This document shows, piece by piece, positions 9,449-19,271 of a stretch of DNA of 64,000 nucleotides. The notes beneath the pieces were generated by a model. The model worked only from the letters and a program-made list of their open reading frames with translations. It had not been told where the DNA came from and made no database searches. This DNA is from Bryobacterales bacterium. Lineage in GTDB: Bacteria > Acidobacteriota > Terriglobia > Bryobacterales > UBA6623. Position 1 is the first letter of the stretch. Each line of letters starts with the position of its first letter. Location: NCBI GenBank assembly GCA_965214915.1, contig CBDCCP010000001.1, forward strand, positions 2,130,898 through 2,194,897. Direction: 5' to 3'. Both the position numbers and the translations under genes were made by a program.

Positions 9449-10333
9449 TCAGCGCCCGTGCGCAGCGAGAAAGGCGCTGACGGCGCGCGTACACGGCTCA
9501 TCGTAGAACTTCCGGCCGCCGTGCGCGGCCCCATGCACAACCTGAAAGCTCACCGCCAGTCCGAAACTCTTGTATTTTCCATGCAGCTCATGCGATTGGT
9601 TGATCGGCATTCGAGAATCTTGATCGCCGTGCAGCAGGAGGAGCGCGGGGTCGGACTTGTCAACGTGAAACACCGGACTGGCCAATCGGGCCAACTCCGG
9701 GTCTTCCTCGGGTTGCGCGCCGAGCAAGAGTTGCAACGCCGGAATGCGAACGCCCAGCCCGCGCGGCGTGGACTGCTGGAGAATCGTCAGCAGGTTGGCC
9801 GCTCCGAAGTAAGAGACGATAGCCTGCACGTCCGAAGATCGGTCGAGATGCCTGCCCACCGTTCCTTCGAGTTCCCGGCTGCCGTTTGTAACGCCGACCA
9901 ACGCGGCCAGATGTCCTCCGGCGGATGAGCCCGCAATCGCGATCTTGCGGGCGTCGTAAGGGTATTGGTCCTGCTTGGCGCGAAGAAAGCGGATCGCCGC
10001 TTTGATGTCATGCGCCTGCGCAGGGAAACGCGCCTCCGAAGAGAGCCTGTATTCCACGCTTGCGACCGCGTACCCTTCGTCCAGCAGTGCGGTCAGCGGC
10101 ATCGAGTCCTTGGATCCGCTGCGCCAGGCCCCGCCGTGAACGTACACGATCAGCGGAGGCCGTCTCGACGTTTGGGGCAAGTAGATGTCCAGCAGCAACT
10201 CGCGGCCGCCGACCTCCGCGAAGGTTATGTCGGCGAGCTTGCGGAACGAGGGCTGCGCCGTTAACGCCGGCCCCGCGCCAAGACAGGATGCGGCAAGCAG
10301 GCATGGAATCCGAAAACGGTTCACGACGGACAA
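9449..10333 (-). CDS. secreted alpha/beta hydrolase (esterase/lipase, fold-3 type)
   Basis: Oxyanion HGGAW and nucleophile elbow GSSAGGH, with a signal peptide. The start is TTG 10333 immediately after the upstream TAG, or GTG 10324. Confidence 0.8.
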   Translation of the reverse strand: MSVVNRFRIPCLLAASCLGAGPALTAQPSFRKLADITFAEVGGRELLLDIYLPQTSRRPPLIVYVHGGAWRSGSKDSMPLTALLDEGYAVASVEYRLSSEARFPAQAHDIKAAIRFLRAKQDQYPYDARKIAIAGSSAGGHLAALVGVTNGSRELEGTVGRHLDRSSDVQAIVSYFGAANLLTILQQSTPRGLGVRIPALQLLLGAQPEEDPELARLASPVFHVDKSDPALLLLHGDQDSRMPINQSHELHGKYKSFGLAVSFQVVHGAAHGGRKFYDEPCTRAVSAFLAAHGR

Positions 10334-11845
10334 CTACCTCGTGGCGCCGCTGATGAACGCTTCGGGTTCAATCTCGGTCGAGACGCCGGCAGCTTCCATC
10401 GCTTCACGGATGGCGGCGGCGGTTTCCGGGGAAAAACGAAAGTTCATGCCGCGATGAACGCCCGCGGCAATGCGCAGCGGAGTCCATCCGAGATCGTTCT
10501 TGCGGTTCCAAACCTCAACCCTGGCGCCTGCCTCGACCAACGCGCGCACCGCTCCGGGGACATGCTTGTAAGCCGCGCCGTGCATGGGCGTGTTGCCGCG
10601 TCCGTCAACCGTGTTTGGATTGCCGCCCAGCGCGAGTGCAATTTTGACGGCTTCGACGACCTCGTCCGCTGTGCCGGCATCCTCGTCGGGGGCGCGCACG
10701 CCGACGCCCGCGGCAACCATCAGCGGCGTCGTGCCGTCTTCGTTGGGGATGGCGGGATCGGCGCCCAAATCGTGAAGAAGCCGCATCAGCTCGACATCGG
10801 CCGTGCGCGCCGCGGCCAGAAACGGCGTCGCGCCCAGGGTGTTCAAACTGTGCCTGCCGGGGCTGGTTGCCGCGGTCATGCGAAAGTCGACGTCGGCGCC
10901 GTACGCGGCAAGCTTGCGAACGATCTCGAGGCTGCTCATGTTCCCGGAGCCGGCGGGGGCAGGATCGTTACTGCCCACGCCGGGCTTGCGCACCCAGCTC
11001 ACGGTGTGCAGGGGAGTCCAGCCCGGGCCCGCGGCGTTCGGGTCGGCGCCTCTTTCGAGCAGCAGAGCGGCAAGCTCGAAGTGAGCGTTCGATACTGCGA
11101 TTTCGAGAGCGCTTGCCCCCGCCTCAGGTTCGTCGTCCGGACTGTTTTCGGCCCACCGGCCGCCGCGGCGGCGCTTCGGCAGCGAGTCGTTGACGTCCGC
11201 GCCGGCATCGAGCAAAGCGCGCGCGGCGCCGATATGGCCCTGACGAACGGCAAACAGCAGCGCCGAGAACCCCGCGTAGGACTTTGCGCCAATGTCCGCG
11301 CCGGCGTCGAGCAAAGCCTTTACGGCCTCGACGTGACCTTCCCCGGCCGCCCACATTAGCGCGGTTTGTCCGCGCCACTTCTCTCGAGCATTGACGGCAG
11401 CGCCATGGCCGAGGAGCATGCGCATGGCTGCGGGCTTGCCGGTCCGCGCTGCGCTCATCAAGACGGTTTCGCCGGCCGGCAGGGCGGCGTTCGGATCGGC
11501 GCCGGCCGCGATGAGCGTCTCGATCATCGCCGCGCTGCCGTTCGCGGCAGCAAGCATCAGCGGCGTTACCCGGTAGCGATTGGCGGCGCCGGTCGCGGCT
11601 CCGGCCGCGATGAGCGCCCGCGCCGCGGCCGGGTCGTCCCAATGCGCCGCCCAGTGCAGCGCCGTGGCGCCGTCGGGGGCTTGCGCCTTGACGTCGGCGC
11701 CTGCTTCGAGCAGCGCGCTCACTGCGGCGGAATCGTTCGCTCGAGCAGCTTCAACCAGCTCTGCGCCGGAGACGGCCGGGGGCAACAGCGTAACAGCGGC
11801 GCCCCAAGCCGCGCAAAGGATCGGAATTTGTCGGAATCGGCGCAT
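10334..11845 (-). CDS. secreted ankyrin-repeat protein
   Basis: Signal peptide MRRFRQIPILCAAWGAAVTLLPPAVSG, then more than 10 ankyrin units (G.TALHWAA...LL.AGAD.N). Confidence 0.85.
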   Translation of the reverse strand: MRRFRQIPILCAAWGAAVTLLPPAVSGAELVEAARANDSAAVSALLEAGADVKAQAPDGATALHWAAHWDDPAAARALIAAGAATGAANRYRVTPLMLAAANGSAAMIETLIAAGADPNAALPAGETVLMSAARTGKPAAMRMLLGHGAAVNAREKWRGQTALMWAAGEGHVEAVKALLDAGADIGAKSYAGFSALLFAVRQGHIGAARALLDAGADVNDSLPKRRRGGRWAENSPDDEPEAGASALEIAVSNAHFELAALLLERGADPNAAGPGWTPLHTVSWVRKPGVGSNDPAPAGSGNMSSLEIVRKLAAYGADVDFRMTAATSPGRHSLNTLGATPFLAAARTADVELMRLLHDLGADPAIPNEDGTTPLMVAAGVGVRAPDEDAGTADEVVEAVKIALALGGNPNTVDGRGNTPMHGAAYKHVPGAVRALVEAGARVEVWNRKNDLGWTPLRIAAGVHRGMNFRFSPETAAAIREAMEAAGVSTEIEPEAFISGATR

Positions 11846-11847
11846 GT

Positions 11848-13185
11848 TTAGAGAACGAGCTCTTCAATGCGGCCGGTGCTGTCGCCGAAAGAGTCCAGCC
11901 GCACGCCGACCTTGTCGAGCAGCGTCAGGTGCAAATTGGCGAGCGGCGCCGGCTCCTTGTACTCGATATGCCGGCCGCCCCGGAGTCGGCCCGCCGCCCC
12001 TCCGGCGACCAGAATCGGCAGATTCAGGTGATCGTGAATGTCGGGGTTGCCCATGCCGCTGCCGCAAAGCAAAACGCAATGATCGAGAAGCGAACCGTCC
12101 CCGTCGGGCGTGGAGGAGAGCTTCTCGAGGTAATACCCGAACAGCGAGACATGGAAGGCGTTGATCTTGGCCAGTTTCTCAAGCTTGAGCGGATCGTTGG
12201 CGTGATGCGAAGTGGGGTGGTGCGGATCGGGGACGCCGATTTCCGGATAAGTGCGGTTGCTCGTCTCCCGAGCCAATTGAAAGGTAATCACGCGCGTGAT
12301 GTCGCCTTGAAGCGCCAGCGCCTGCAAGTCGAACATCAAGCGGGCATGGTCCGCGTAGGCCGGGGGGACGCCGATCGGCCGGTCGAGGTCCGGCAGCGGC
12401 GCATCCTCGATTCTCCTCTCCGCTTGTTGGATGCGTCTGTCGACCTCGCGCACCGTGTCGAGGTACTCATCGACCGTCCTGTTGTCCGCGGGACTCAACT
12501 TTTTTTTCAGGCGCGTCAGGTCTTCGCCGACCCAATCGAGGATGCTGTTGTCGACACGAAGCTCGGCGCGGCGCTCCGCGGGCGCTCCGCCGTCGCCGAA
12601 CAGGCGTTCGAAGGCGATTCTCGGATGCGCGATCGCGGGCAGCGGAGTTGTCGGCGAAGACCAGGAAAGATTGTTTTGGTAAACGCAGGCGAACCCGTTG
12701 TCGCAATTGCCGACATTCGTCTGGATATCCATCGACAACTCGAGCGACGGCAGCGCGGTTTGGCCGCCGATGCGTTTGGCGGCGATTTGGTCCACCGTTG
12801 TCGCCAACTCGTAGTCGGCGCCTTCGGTCATCTTGGCTTTCGCGGCGCTCAGAAACCCCGAGTTAGCCGTAGCGTGATTGCCGGCGGAGTAGGCGTTCTT
12901 GTTTTCGAGATTCGTGACCACGGTGAGTCCGGCCTTGAACGGCTGCAAGGATTCGAGGATGGGCGACATTTGGGCCAGCCGGCCGCTGCCGCCGGGCGGG
13001 GTCCAGCGGTCGAGGTTGGCGCCCATGGGGATATAGACGTAGCCCAGCCTGCGCACGGGGGCCGCCGCAGTCTTCGCCTGCGCGGTCATTGCGGGAACCA
13101 TTGCATCGAGCAGGGGGAGCGCTACCGTTGCGCCCATCCCTCGCAGCAGCGTTCGGCGGGGAAGATGTTGCTTCGTAACGATCAT
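11848..13185 (-). CDS. DUF1552 family protein (Tat signal)
   Basis: N-terminus LPRRTLLRGMGATVALPLLDAMVP is characteristic of DUF1552 proteins. Its start overlaps the upstream stop (ATGA). Confidence 0.8.
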   Translation of the reverse strand: MIVTKQHLPRRTLLRGMGATVALPLLDAMVPAMTAQAKTAAAPVRRLGYVYIPMGANLDRWTPPGGSGRLAQMSPILESLQPFKAGLTVVTNLENKNAYSAGNHATANSGFLSAAKAKMTEGADYELATTVDQIAAKRIGGQTALPSLELSMDIQTNVGNCDNGFACVYQNNLSWSSPTTPLPAIAHPRIAFERLFGDGGAPAERRAELRVDNSILDWVGEDLTRLKKKLSPADNRTVDEYLDTVREVDRRIQQAERRIEDAPLPDLDRPIGVPPAYADHARLMFDLQALALQGDITRVITFQLARETSNRTYPEIGVPDPHHPTSHHANDPLKLEKLAKINAFHVSLFGYYLEKLSSTPDGDGSLLDHCVLLCGSGMGNPDIHDHLNLPILVAGGAAGRLRGGRHIEYKEPAPLANLHLTLLDKVGVRLDSFGDSTGRIEELVL

Positions 13186-15515
13186 TGCGGATTCCTCATT
13201 TGAAACGGCGTGCTGCGGACGACTCCCATTATCAAGGACGAAAAGCGGTAGTCGTCCTGCGCCGCATCGCGGACAATTTTGCGGACGGCAGGGGCGTCGT
13301 AGTACTCGAGTCCCCGCCCCAAAGCGTAGATCAGCAGCTTCTCCGCCACGGTCGAGGCGAACAGATCGGACCGCTCCAGGAGAGCTTTGCGCAACCCGGC
13401 CGGTCCGTGGAATCGGGTTCCGTCGGGAAGAGTTCCCGAGGCATCCACCGGGGCCTCTCCGTCCCGAGTCCGCCAGCGGCCGACGGCGTCGTAATTCTCA
13501 AGCGCGAAGCCGACCGGGTCGATGATGTCGTGGCAGCCGGCGCAGGCCGGGTTGGCGCGGTGTTCCGCGATCCGCTCCCGCAACGTGAGCGGCTTCGCCG
13601 AGGGAGTCCGTTCGCGAAGCGGCGGCGCCTCCGGCGGGGGCGGCGGGGGCGGGGCGCCGAGGATGTTTGTCAAAACCCATTTCCCGCGCAGCACCGGCGA
13701 AGTCCGATTGGCATAGGATGTCACGGCAAGAATACTGCCGTGCGTGAGCAAACCGCCCCGGGCGCCGTCGGCGCCCAAGGCGACTCGGCGAAAACGATCG
13801 CCGTAGATATGCCGCATGCCGTAGTGCTTGGCCAGGCGCTCGTTCAGAAACGTGTAGTCGGCGCTGAGCAGCTCGACGATGCTGCGGTCTTCGCGCAGGA
13901 TCGTCTGGAACAACAATTCCGTCTCGCGCCGCAATGACTTGCGCAGATTGTCGTCGAAGTCGGCAAAGAGCCGCCGGTCGGGGGTCAGAGAATCCAGATT
14001 TCGCAGCTGCAGCCACTGTCCGGCAAAATTATCGACCAGCGCCTGCGAGCGCGCGTCGCGCAGCATGCGTCGGACCTGCCGCTCAAGCGCGCCTTCGTCC
14101 CTCAGGCCGTCCGCGTCCGCCGCTTGCAGCAACTCGTCGTCGGGGATGCTGCTCCACAAGAAGAACGACAGCCGCGAGGCCAGTTCGTACGGCGAGATCC
14201 TGTACGGCCGTCCTCCGTTGCCGGCCGGGTCCCGCTCGGTACGAAACAGGAACCGAGGACTCGCCAGCAGGGCGCGCAACGCGGTTTCGATGCCGGTTTC
14301 AAAGCCGCCGCGCTCGCGCCCCTCACGGTAAAACTCAAGCGGTTTCTCCAGATCCGCGGCGCTTAGCGGGCGGCGGTAGGCCCGGCGGGTCAACCGCGAG
14401 AGGATTTCCTTGGCGCACTCTTCTTCGCCGGAAGTCGAGCTCGGACGGCAGGAGAAAATTCGCCGCCGGCTGGGAGTGTCGCCCGGGCCCGCGGCGTTGT
14501 ACGGGCCGACAATCGAGATTGAGTACACCGCCGGCTGCATGCGCGGGTGGCGGTCCATATTGAACCGCGCCAAGTAAGGTTGGCGCTGCGTCTCGATCAG
14601 CGCGGACGACTTCTTGAGAAACGCGACGCCGATTTCGCGGGGTCCGGCGCCGACCGGAATGCGCGCGGTCAGATGTTCGTCGACAGAGGCGTGATCGCGT
14701 TTCTCGGGCGGGGTCACGGTGAACCGCCGGATAGGCCGGCCGTCCAACAGCAGCTCCACATCGTGCGGGTCGTGGAGTCCCTCGACGTGCTCGTTGCGGT
14801 CGCGGCTGAGAGTGATGCGGATGTCGTACTCGGCGTCGACCGGAAACGTGTTTTTCACGACCGTCCCGCCCCTGGTGCCGAAAGGCAACTCGCTGAAATG
14901 CGCTTCCTGGGTCAGATCCACGGGAAGGACGATCAGTTCGCCGCTTGGCGAACGGGGAGGCGTCCCGACCGCCAACCGGCCGATTTTTTTCGCCGCCGCG
15001 AGATAACGCTCGAGCAGCGTGGGCGACAGCTCGGTTGTGTTGTTGTCGAATCCGTAACGGCTCTCGTCGCGCGGCAGCAACGACCGAACATCGACATCGA
15101 GCGCGAGAATATCGCGAACCGCGTTGCGATACTCGGCCCGGTTCAGGCGGCGGAAGGCGCTCTCGCGGCCCGGGTGGGGATGTTTTGCGGCGTGGTCGTC
15201 CAGGAGCTCGATCAGATTGCGGACGACGGCGTCGTATGCCGTCTCGTCGGGGCGCGGCATGCCCCGTGGAGGCATGGAACGGTGCTTGAGCTTGCGCACC
15301 ACCGACTCCCACGCCTGCGGGGCGTTGCCCGGATGGGCGGGGTCGAGCCGGTCGAGAGCCAACCCGCCGCTGGAGACGGTCGAGTTGTGACACGCAAAAC
15401 AGTACTGCTCCAGAACCGCCCGCGGGGCGATTTGGGCGCAGATCGGGGCCGCGGCCGCGAAGAACGCCGTCAGCTTGCGAACAGTGTTCGTCATGCCCTG
15501 CATCGCGCCAGACAT
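13182..15515 (-). CDS. DUF1592/DUF1588/DUF1585-type protein with two CXXCH motifs (planctomycete-cytochrome-like)
   Basis: CFACHN near the N-terminus and CAGCHD near the C-terminus, with conserved blocks RFLFRTE and ADYTFLNERLAKHYG. ORF-track start 15623 trimmed to ATG 15515. ATGs at 15503 and 15494 are also possible. Confidence 0.8.
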   Translation of the reverse strand: MSGAMQGMTNTVRKLTAFFAAAAPICAQIAPRAVLEQYCFACHNSTVSSGGLALDRLDPAHPGNAPQAWESVVRKLKHRSMPPRGMPRPDETAYDAVVRNLIELLDDHAAKHPHPGRESAFRRLNRAEYRNAVRDILALDVDVRSLLPRDESRYGFDNNTTELSPTLLERYLAAAKKIGRLAVGTPPRSPSGELIVLPVDLTQEAHFSELPFGTRGGTVVKNTFPVDAEYDIRITLSRDRNEHVEGLHDPHDVELLLDGRPIRRFTVTPPEKRDHASVDEHLTARIPVGAGPREIGVAFLKKSSALIETQRQPYLARFNMDRHPRMQPAVYSISIVGPYNAAGPGDTPSRRRIFSCRPSSTSGEEECAKEILSRLTRRAYRRPLSAADLEKPLEFYREGRERGGFETGIETALRALLASPRFLFRTERDPAGNGGRPYRISPYELASRLSFFLWSSIPDDELLQAADADGLRDEGALERQVRRMLRDARSQALVDNFAGQWLQLRNLDSLTPDRRLFADFDDNLRKSLRRETELLFQTILREDRSIVELLSADYTFLNERLAKHYGMRHIYGDRFRRVALGADGARGGLLTHGSILAVTSYANRTSPVLRGKWVLTNILGAPPPPPPPEAPPLRERTPSAKPLTLRERIAEHRANPACAGCHDIIDPVGFALENYDAVGRWRTRDGEAPVDASGTLPDGTRFHGPAGLRKALLERSDLFASTVAEKLLIYALGRGLEYYDAPAVRKIVRDAAQDDYRFSSLIMGVVRSTPFQMRNPQ

Positions 15516-15534
15516 AGCAGCAGCCCCGAGGCGC

Positions 15535-18500
15535 CTAGAACGTGATGCGCACCCCCATCTGCATCTGACGCATCGCTCCGGCTGAATCGAGAGTTCCGAA
15601 GTCGGAATTTTCCACGTTCCCATTCAGCGATTGGAGATTGACACGATTGAGGGCATTGAACATGTCCGCCCGGATCTGAAGCCGTACGGATTCCTTCAAT
15701 CTGAAGTTCTTCGACAGGGAAAAATCCACGGTCCATCGGCCCGGACCGCGGACCAGGCCGTTGCCGGCATTCCCCGGCCGCTGGGCAATGCCTCTGACTT
15801 CCTCCACCCTGGCGAAGGCGTCCGGATTGAGAAAGCGAACGTCCTGATGCGAACCGACCCGCGGGGCGCCGAAAGTCGTCCCTTGCGGAGCCTTGATATT
15901 GCCGCCGATGTAGTCCGATCGGCATTGCCAGGACTGCGAGCAGCCCTGCCTGATCGTGACGGGCTCGCCGGTCGTCCCGGAATAAATGCCGGCGATCTGC
16001 CATCCGCCGAGAATGCCTCGCAGCGGAGCGCTGAAACCGTTGAACCGGGGAAGCTCGTAGATCAAATCGGCTACGGCCCGGTGCGTCGTATCGAATCCGG
16101 GATTGCCGCGCTCGATGGCCAGATTGAAGAAGTCCTGGATTCCGCTGGTCGCATCCGTTCCGTAGTACACGCCGACATCGCCCCCGGTGAACGCGATCGT
16201 CTTGCCCCAGGTGTAGTGAATGTCGAACGACAGGTTGCGCGAGAAGCGCTTGCGCATCGATGTCTGCAAAGAGTGGTTCATCACGCTCTCCCCCATGTCC
16301 ACGAAATAGGGGCCGCCGGGGATGAGGGTGGGGTTGGGCCGGATTCCGGTCTGCCGGTCGGGCAAGTTGAAGCGCCTGTGCATCGGGAACTTCACGCCCC
16401 GCGTTCCCACGTATCCGATTTCCCACATCAGATCCCCGGCAAGTTGCCGTTGGATGTTGAATTGGTAGTTGATCGTGTACGGATTCTGCAGGTCCGGCGT
16501 GATCAGCGAGAAGACGAGTTCGTTCCCGCTCTCCTGGATATCCTGCAGCGCGATCGGAATGATCTCTTCGTTGCTGAAGGGGTACTGCACCCCCAGCCGG
16601 TTCGCTTCGTTGGCGCTATACCTGACGCGGAAGGGAATGTCCGGTCCGGCGACGCTTTGCCGCAGCAGCGCCGGCACCTGGGCGGCGAACATGACGCCGA
16701 CTCCGCCGCGGACAACGGTTCTTCCCTCATCGTCCACACGGTAGGCGAACCCCGCCCGCGGGCCGAGGTTCACCCAGCCGTCGTGCTCGATCGGTCTGTC
16801 CGTGGGGCGGCGGGGGCCGAAGGCGAAGTTGGTGAAATCCGCTCCCGGAGGAAGCTCCAGATTCTTGTTCGTGACGTCGATGGCGCCGGTCGGTTTCACC
16901 GTGTTGTTGGAGTAGAAGTCGTAGCGCAGTCCGAGGTTCAGCGTCAGCTTCCGGTTCACCCGCCAGTCATCCTGGACAAAGCCGCCGATCTCGTACATTC
17001 GAGACGAGTGCGGGCCGTTCGAGCCGAAGGAGATCACCGCCCCGTTGATCCGATTGGCCTGCATTTCCTCGACGTTGAGGAACTCGTACTGCGGATTTTC
17101 GGGATTCGTTCGCGCACCGCCGTAATGCACGAACCGCCCGCCGAACTTGATCGTATGCTTGCCCTTGTTCAGCGTGAGCTTCTGGTCGAAGGTGGTCGTG
17201 GTGCCCTCCATCAACCACACCTCGCCGCTGCCCAAGGTGATCGTTCCGCCGACATTGCGCAGCCGCAGCCGCGGGATGCGGTTCTGCCAATCGATGGTCT
17301 CCTGCCTGTCGGGGTCTTGCAGCGTGAAGATGTTGTCGAGCCTTTCCATGTCGGCGAAGTTGTAGCCGAAACGCGTTTCGGACACCCAGGTCACGCCGCT
17401 CTTCGTGAACTGCGCGTTGTAGCGGTCTTGCACGTAGGTGTATTCCCGGTCGTTGGCGCCGTTGAGGTTATATCGGGGATCGAGACCGAAAGGACGATTC
17501 CGCGTGTACGTGAACGACAAGTTGCCGGTGTCGGTGAGGCGGTAATCCGCTCTGGCGATGACGTGGTTCTCCGTTCTTTGGCGGCCGCCGACCGTTTCGA
17601 CCCGCCCGCGGTTCTCATCGAGCAGCAACGTCGGCTCCGGAATGGTGTCCATCAACATCTTCGTCTCCTGGAAGGGAAGCGCGTTGAGGATTGTCGTGCG
17701 CAGCGCCGGGCTGGGAACGGTTCCGCTCACGCGCTGCGAGGCGGTCTCGCGGTAACCTTCGTAGGTAGCGAAGAAGAACAGCTTGTTCTGCATGACCGGC
17801 CCGCCGAACGAACCTCCGAATTGATTGAATACCTCGCGGTTCTTCGAAACCTGGGAACCGTCCGCGTTGATGTTCGTCTGAAACGGATTGCGCGCGTTAA
17901 ATACGTGCGAGCGGTAGTTCTCGAACACGCTGCCGTGGAAGGCGTTCGTGCCTTGCTTGCTGATCAGGTTGATCGTCCCGCTGACCACGCCTCCGTTTTC
18001 GGCCTTCATGATGCCGCGCATGACCTGCACTTCGTCGACGGCTTCGATGCTCATGACGTCCATGTAGTTGCGCCCGCCGTACTGCTGCATCGAACGGCCT
18101 TCCGAGGGATTCGAGTTGGCGTCTGTGCCGTTGACGGTTATGCCGGTTCCGCTTTTGCCGATTCCATTGATGCGCAGGCTCCCTCCGCCCACGTCCACTC
18201 CGCTGGAGAGCTTCAGGATTTGCGTCACGTTGCGGCGCGCCAGCGGCAACTCGCTGACCTTCAATGCGTTCAAGCTCTCGCGCTGCTCGGAAGCCTCGGT
18301 ATTGACCAGGGGAGGCCGGCCCTCGACCGTAACGGTCTCGCTCAGGCTGCCGATTTCAAGCGTGTGCATCTGGCGCACGACCTGCGACGCAATCAGGGTG
18401 ATGCCGGTGCTCCGGTACGTTTTGAAACCGTCGGATTCGATTTCGAGAGTGTACGTTCCGACCGGCAGGACGTTGAACACGAAACCGCCGTCCGCTCCCA

Positions 18501-18687
18501 CGGAGGCCGTGTACACAAGCCCGGTATCGTCGTTTACGATGGTCGCCTCGCCGCCCGGAATCACCGCTCCCGAAGCATCCTGCACAGTCCCGTACAACGT
18601 CGCCGTCGTGACCTGGGCCCGCGCCGCCGTCGTAGAGAACAACAATAGTGCCGGCGTCAGACAAACAGCCAATAATCCTATGCGCAT
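15535..18687 (-). CDS. TonB-dependent receptor, Acidobacteria type, with N-terminal carboxypeptidase-regulatory-like domain
   Basis: Starts at ATG 18687 (MRIGLLAVCLTPALLLFSTTAARAQ) behind a GGAAAGAGGGA ribosome-binding site. Contains GTVQDASGAVIPG...FVFNVLPVGTYTLEIE (CarboxypepD_reg), a plug, and a beta-barrel ending ...MGVRITF. The 1207-aa ORF-track form is an artefactual extension. Confidence 0.85.
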   Translation of the reverse strand: MRIGLLAVCLTPALLLFSTTAARAQVTTATLYGTVQDASGAVIPGGEATIVNDDTGLVYTASVGADGGFVFNVLPVGTYTLEIESDGFKTYRSTGITLIASQVVRQMHTLEIGSLSETVTVEGRPPLVNTEASEQRESLNALKVSELPLARRNVTQILKLSSGVDVGGGSLRINGIGKSGTGITVNGTDANSNPSEGRSMQQYGGRNYMDVMSIEAVDEVQVMRGIMKAENGGVVSGTINLISKQGTNAFHGSVFENYRSHVFNARNPFQTNINADGSQVSKNREVFNQFGGSFGGPVMQNKLFFFATYEGYRETASQRVSGTVPSPALRTTILNALPFQETKMLMDTIPEPTLLLDENRGRVETVGGRQRTENHVIARADYRLTDTGNLSFTYTRNRPFGLDPRYNLNGANDREYTYVQDRYNAQFTKSGVTWVSETRFGYNFADMERLDNIFTLQDPDRQETIDWQNRIPRLRLRNVGGTITLGSGEVWLMEGTTTTFDQKLTLNKGKHTIKFGGRFVHYGGARTNPENPQYEFLNVEEMQANRINGAVISFGSNGPHSSRMYEIGGFVQDDWRVNRKLTLNLGLRYDFYSNNTVKPTGAIDVTNKNLELPPGADFTNFAFGPRRPTDRPIEHDGWVNLGPRAGFAYRVDDEGRTVVRGGVGVMFAAQVPALLRQSVAGPDIPFRVRYSANEANRLGVQYPFSNEEIIPIALQDIQESGNELVFSLITPDLQNPYTINYQFNIQRQLAGDLMWEIGYVGTRGVKFPMHRRFNLPDRQTGIRPNPTLIPGGPYFVDMGESVMNHSLQTSMRKRFSRNLSFDIHYTWGKTIAFTGGDVGVYYGTDATSGIQDFFNLAIERGNPGFDTTHRAVADLIYELPRFNGFSAPLRGILGGWQIAGIYSGTTGEPVTIRQGCSQSWQCRSDYIGGNIKAPQGTTFGAPRVGSHQDVRFLNPDAFARVEEVRGIAQRPGNAGNGLVRGPGRWTVDFSLSKNFRLKESVRLQIRADMFNALNRVNLQSLNGNVENSDFGTLDSAGAMRQMQMGVRITF

Positions 18688-19271
18688 TGGTGTCCCTCTT
18701 TCCTTTCGGGCTGCCGCGAAGGAGCCCTTTCCAGCGGTCCAAGGCGCTCTGCCCGAGACCTTTCCTGTCTGTGAAAAAGCGGTCAAGCGCCCCGGATGCG
18801 GCGCGGGATTCCGTTCCGCATCGCAGCTTCCGCCCCGCCGTCCAAGTCGAGCGGAAAGTTTTTCGGGAATTGTAGGCGCCGAGTCCGAAGACTCGGCGGT
18901 ACGGTTACTATCCATCCAGCCGGCCGGGCCGGCGGCGGCGCGTGCTGCGCAGACGAGTCCGCAACGGTCAAGAACCGGCGCGCCGAGGCGGGCGTACTTT
19001 TTTGTCGATTGCTTTGAGCGGCAACCCCGGGAAGGCCCGACTCGCGGTTGCCGGCGGCAAGCGAGGCCGGCCGCGTACAAAAAGCCCCCCCCCCGGCATT
19101 TCATCGCGATGCCCGACCCTGCAACAGTATCCCGGGCACGCCCAGGAAGTAGCGCCACGTTGCACTGTGAAGCTCGTAGTCAGTTTAAAGCGCGAGCGGA
19201 GCGGTTACAAGTTATTTTTCGTTACTTCATATGATTTTACATGCGCAATTTCACAAGTCCGCTCCGGGGCG

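Noticed and set aside
15631-18648. 1005-aa plus-strand ORF, with similar giants at 24496-26475 (+), 7769-9382 (-), 4582-5820 (-), 35288-37450 (+), 52477-54414 (-), 31276-33015 (+) and 61817-63016 (+)
   Set aside because: Each lies antisense to a gene with clear family motifs and is Arg/Gly/Ala/Pro-rich without recognisable domains. This matches the usual stop-codon-poor antisense frames of a high-GC genome.
18688-19158. 157-aa N-terminal extension of the TonB-dependent receptor ORF (1207-aa form)
   Set aside because: The extension is low-complexity and Arg-rich. A canonical signal peptide begins at the internal ATG 18687, which is preceded by a GGAAAGAGGGA ribosome-binding site.
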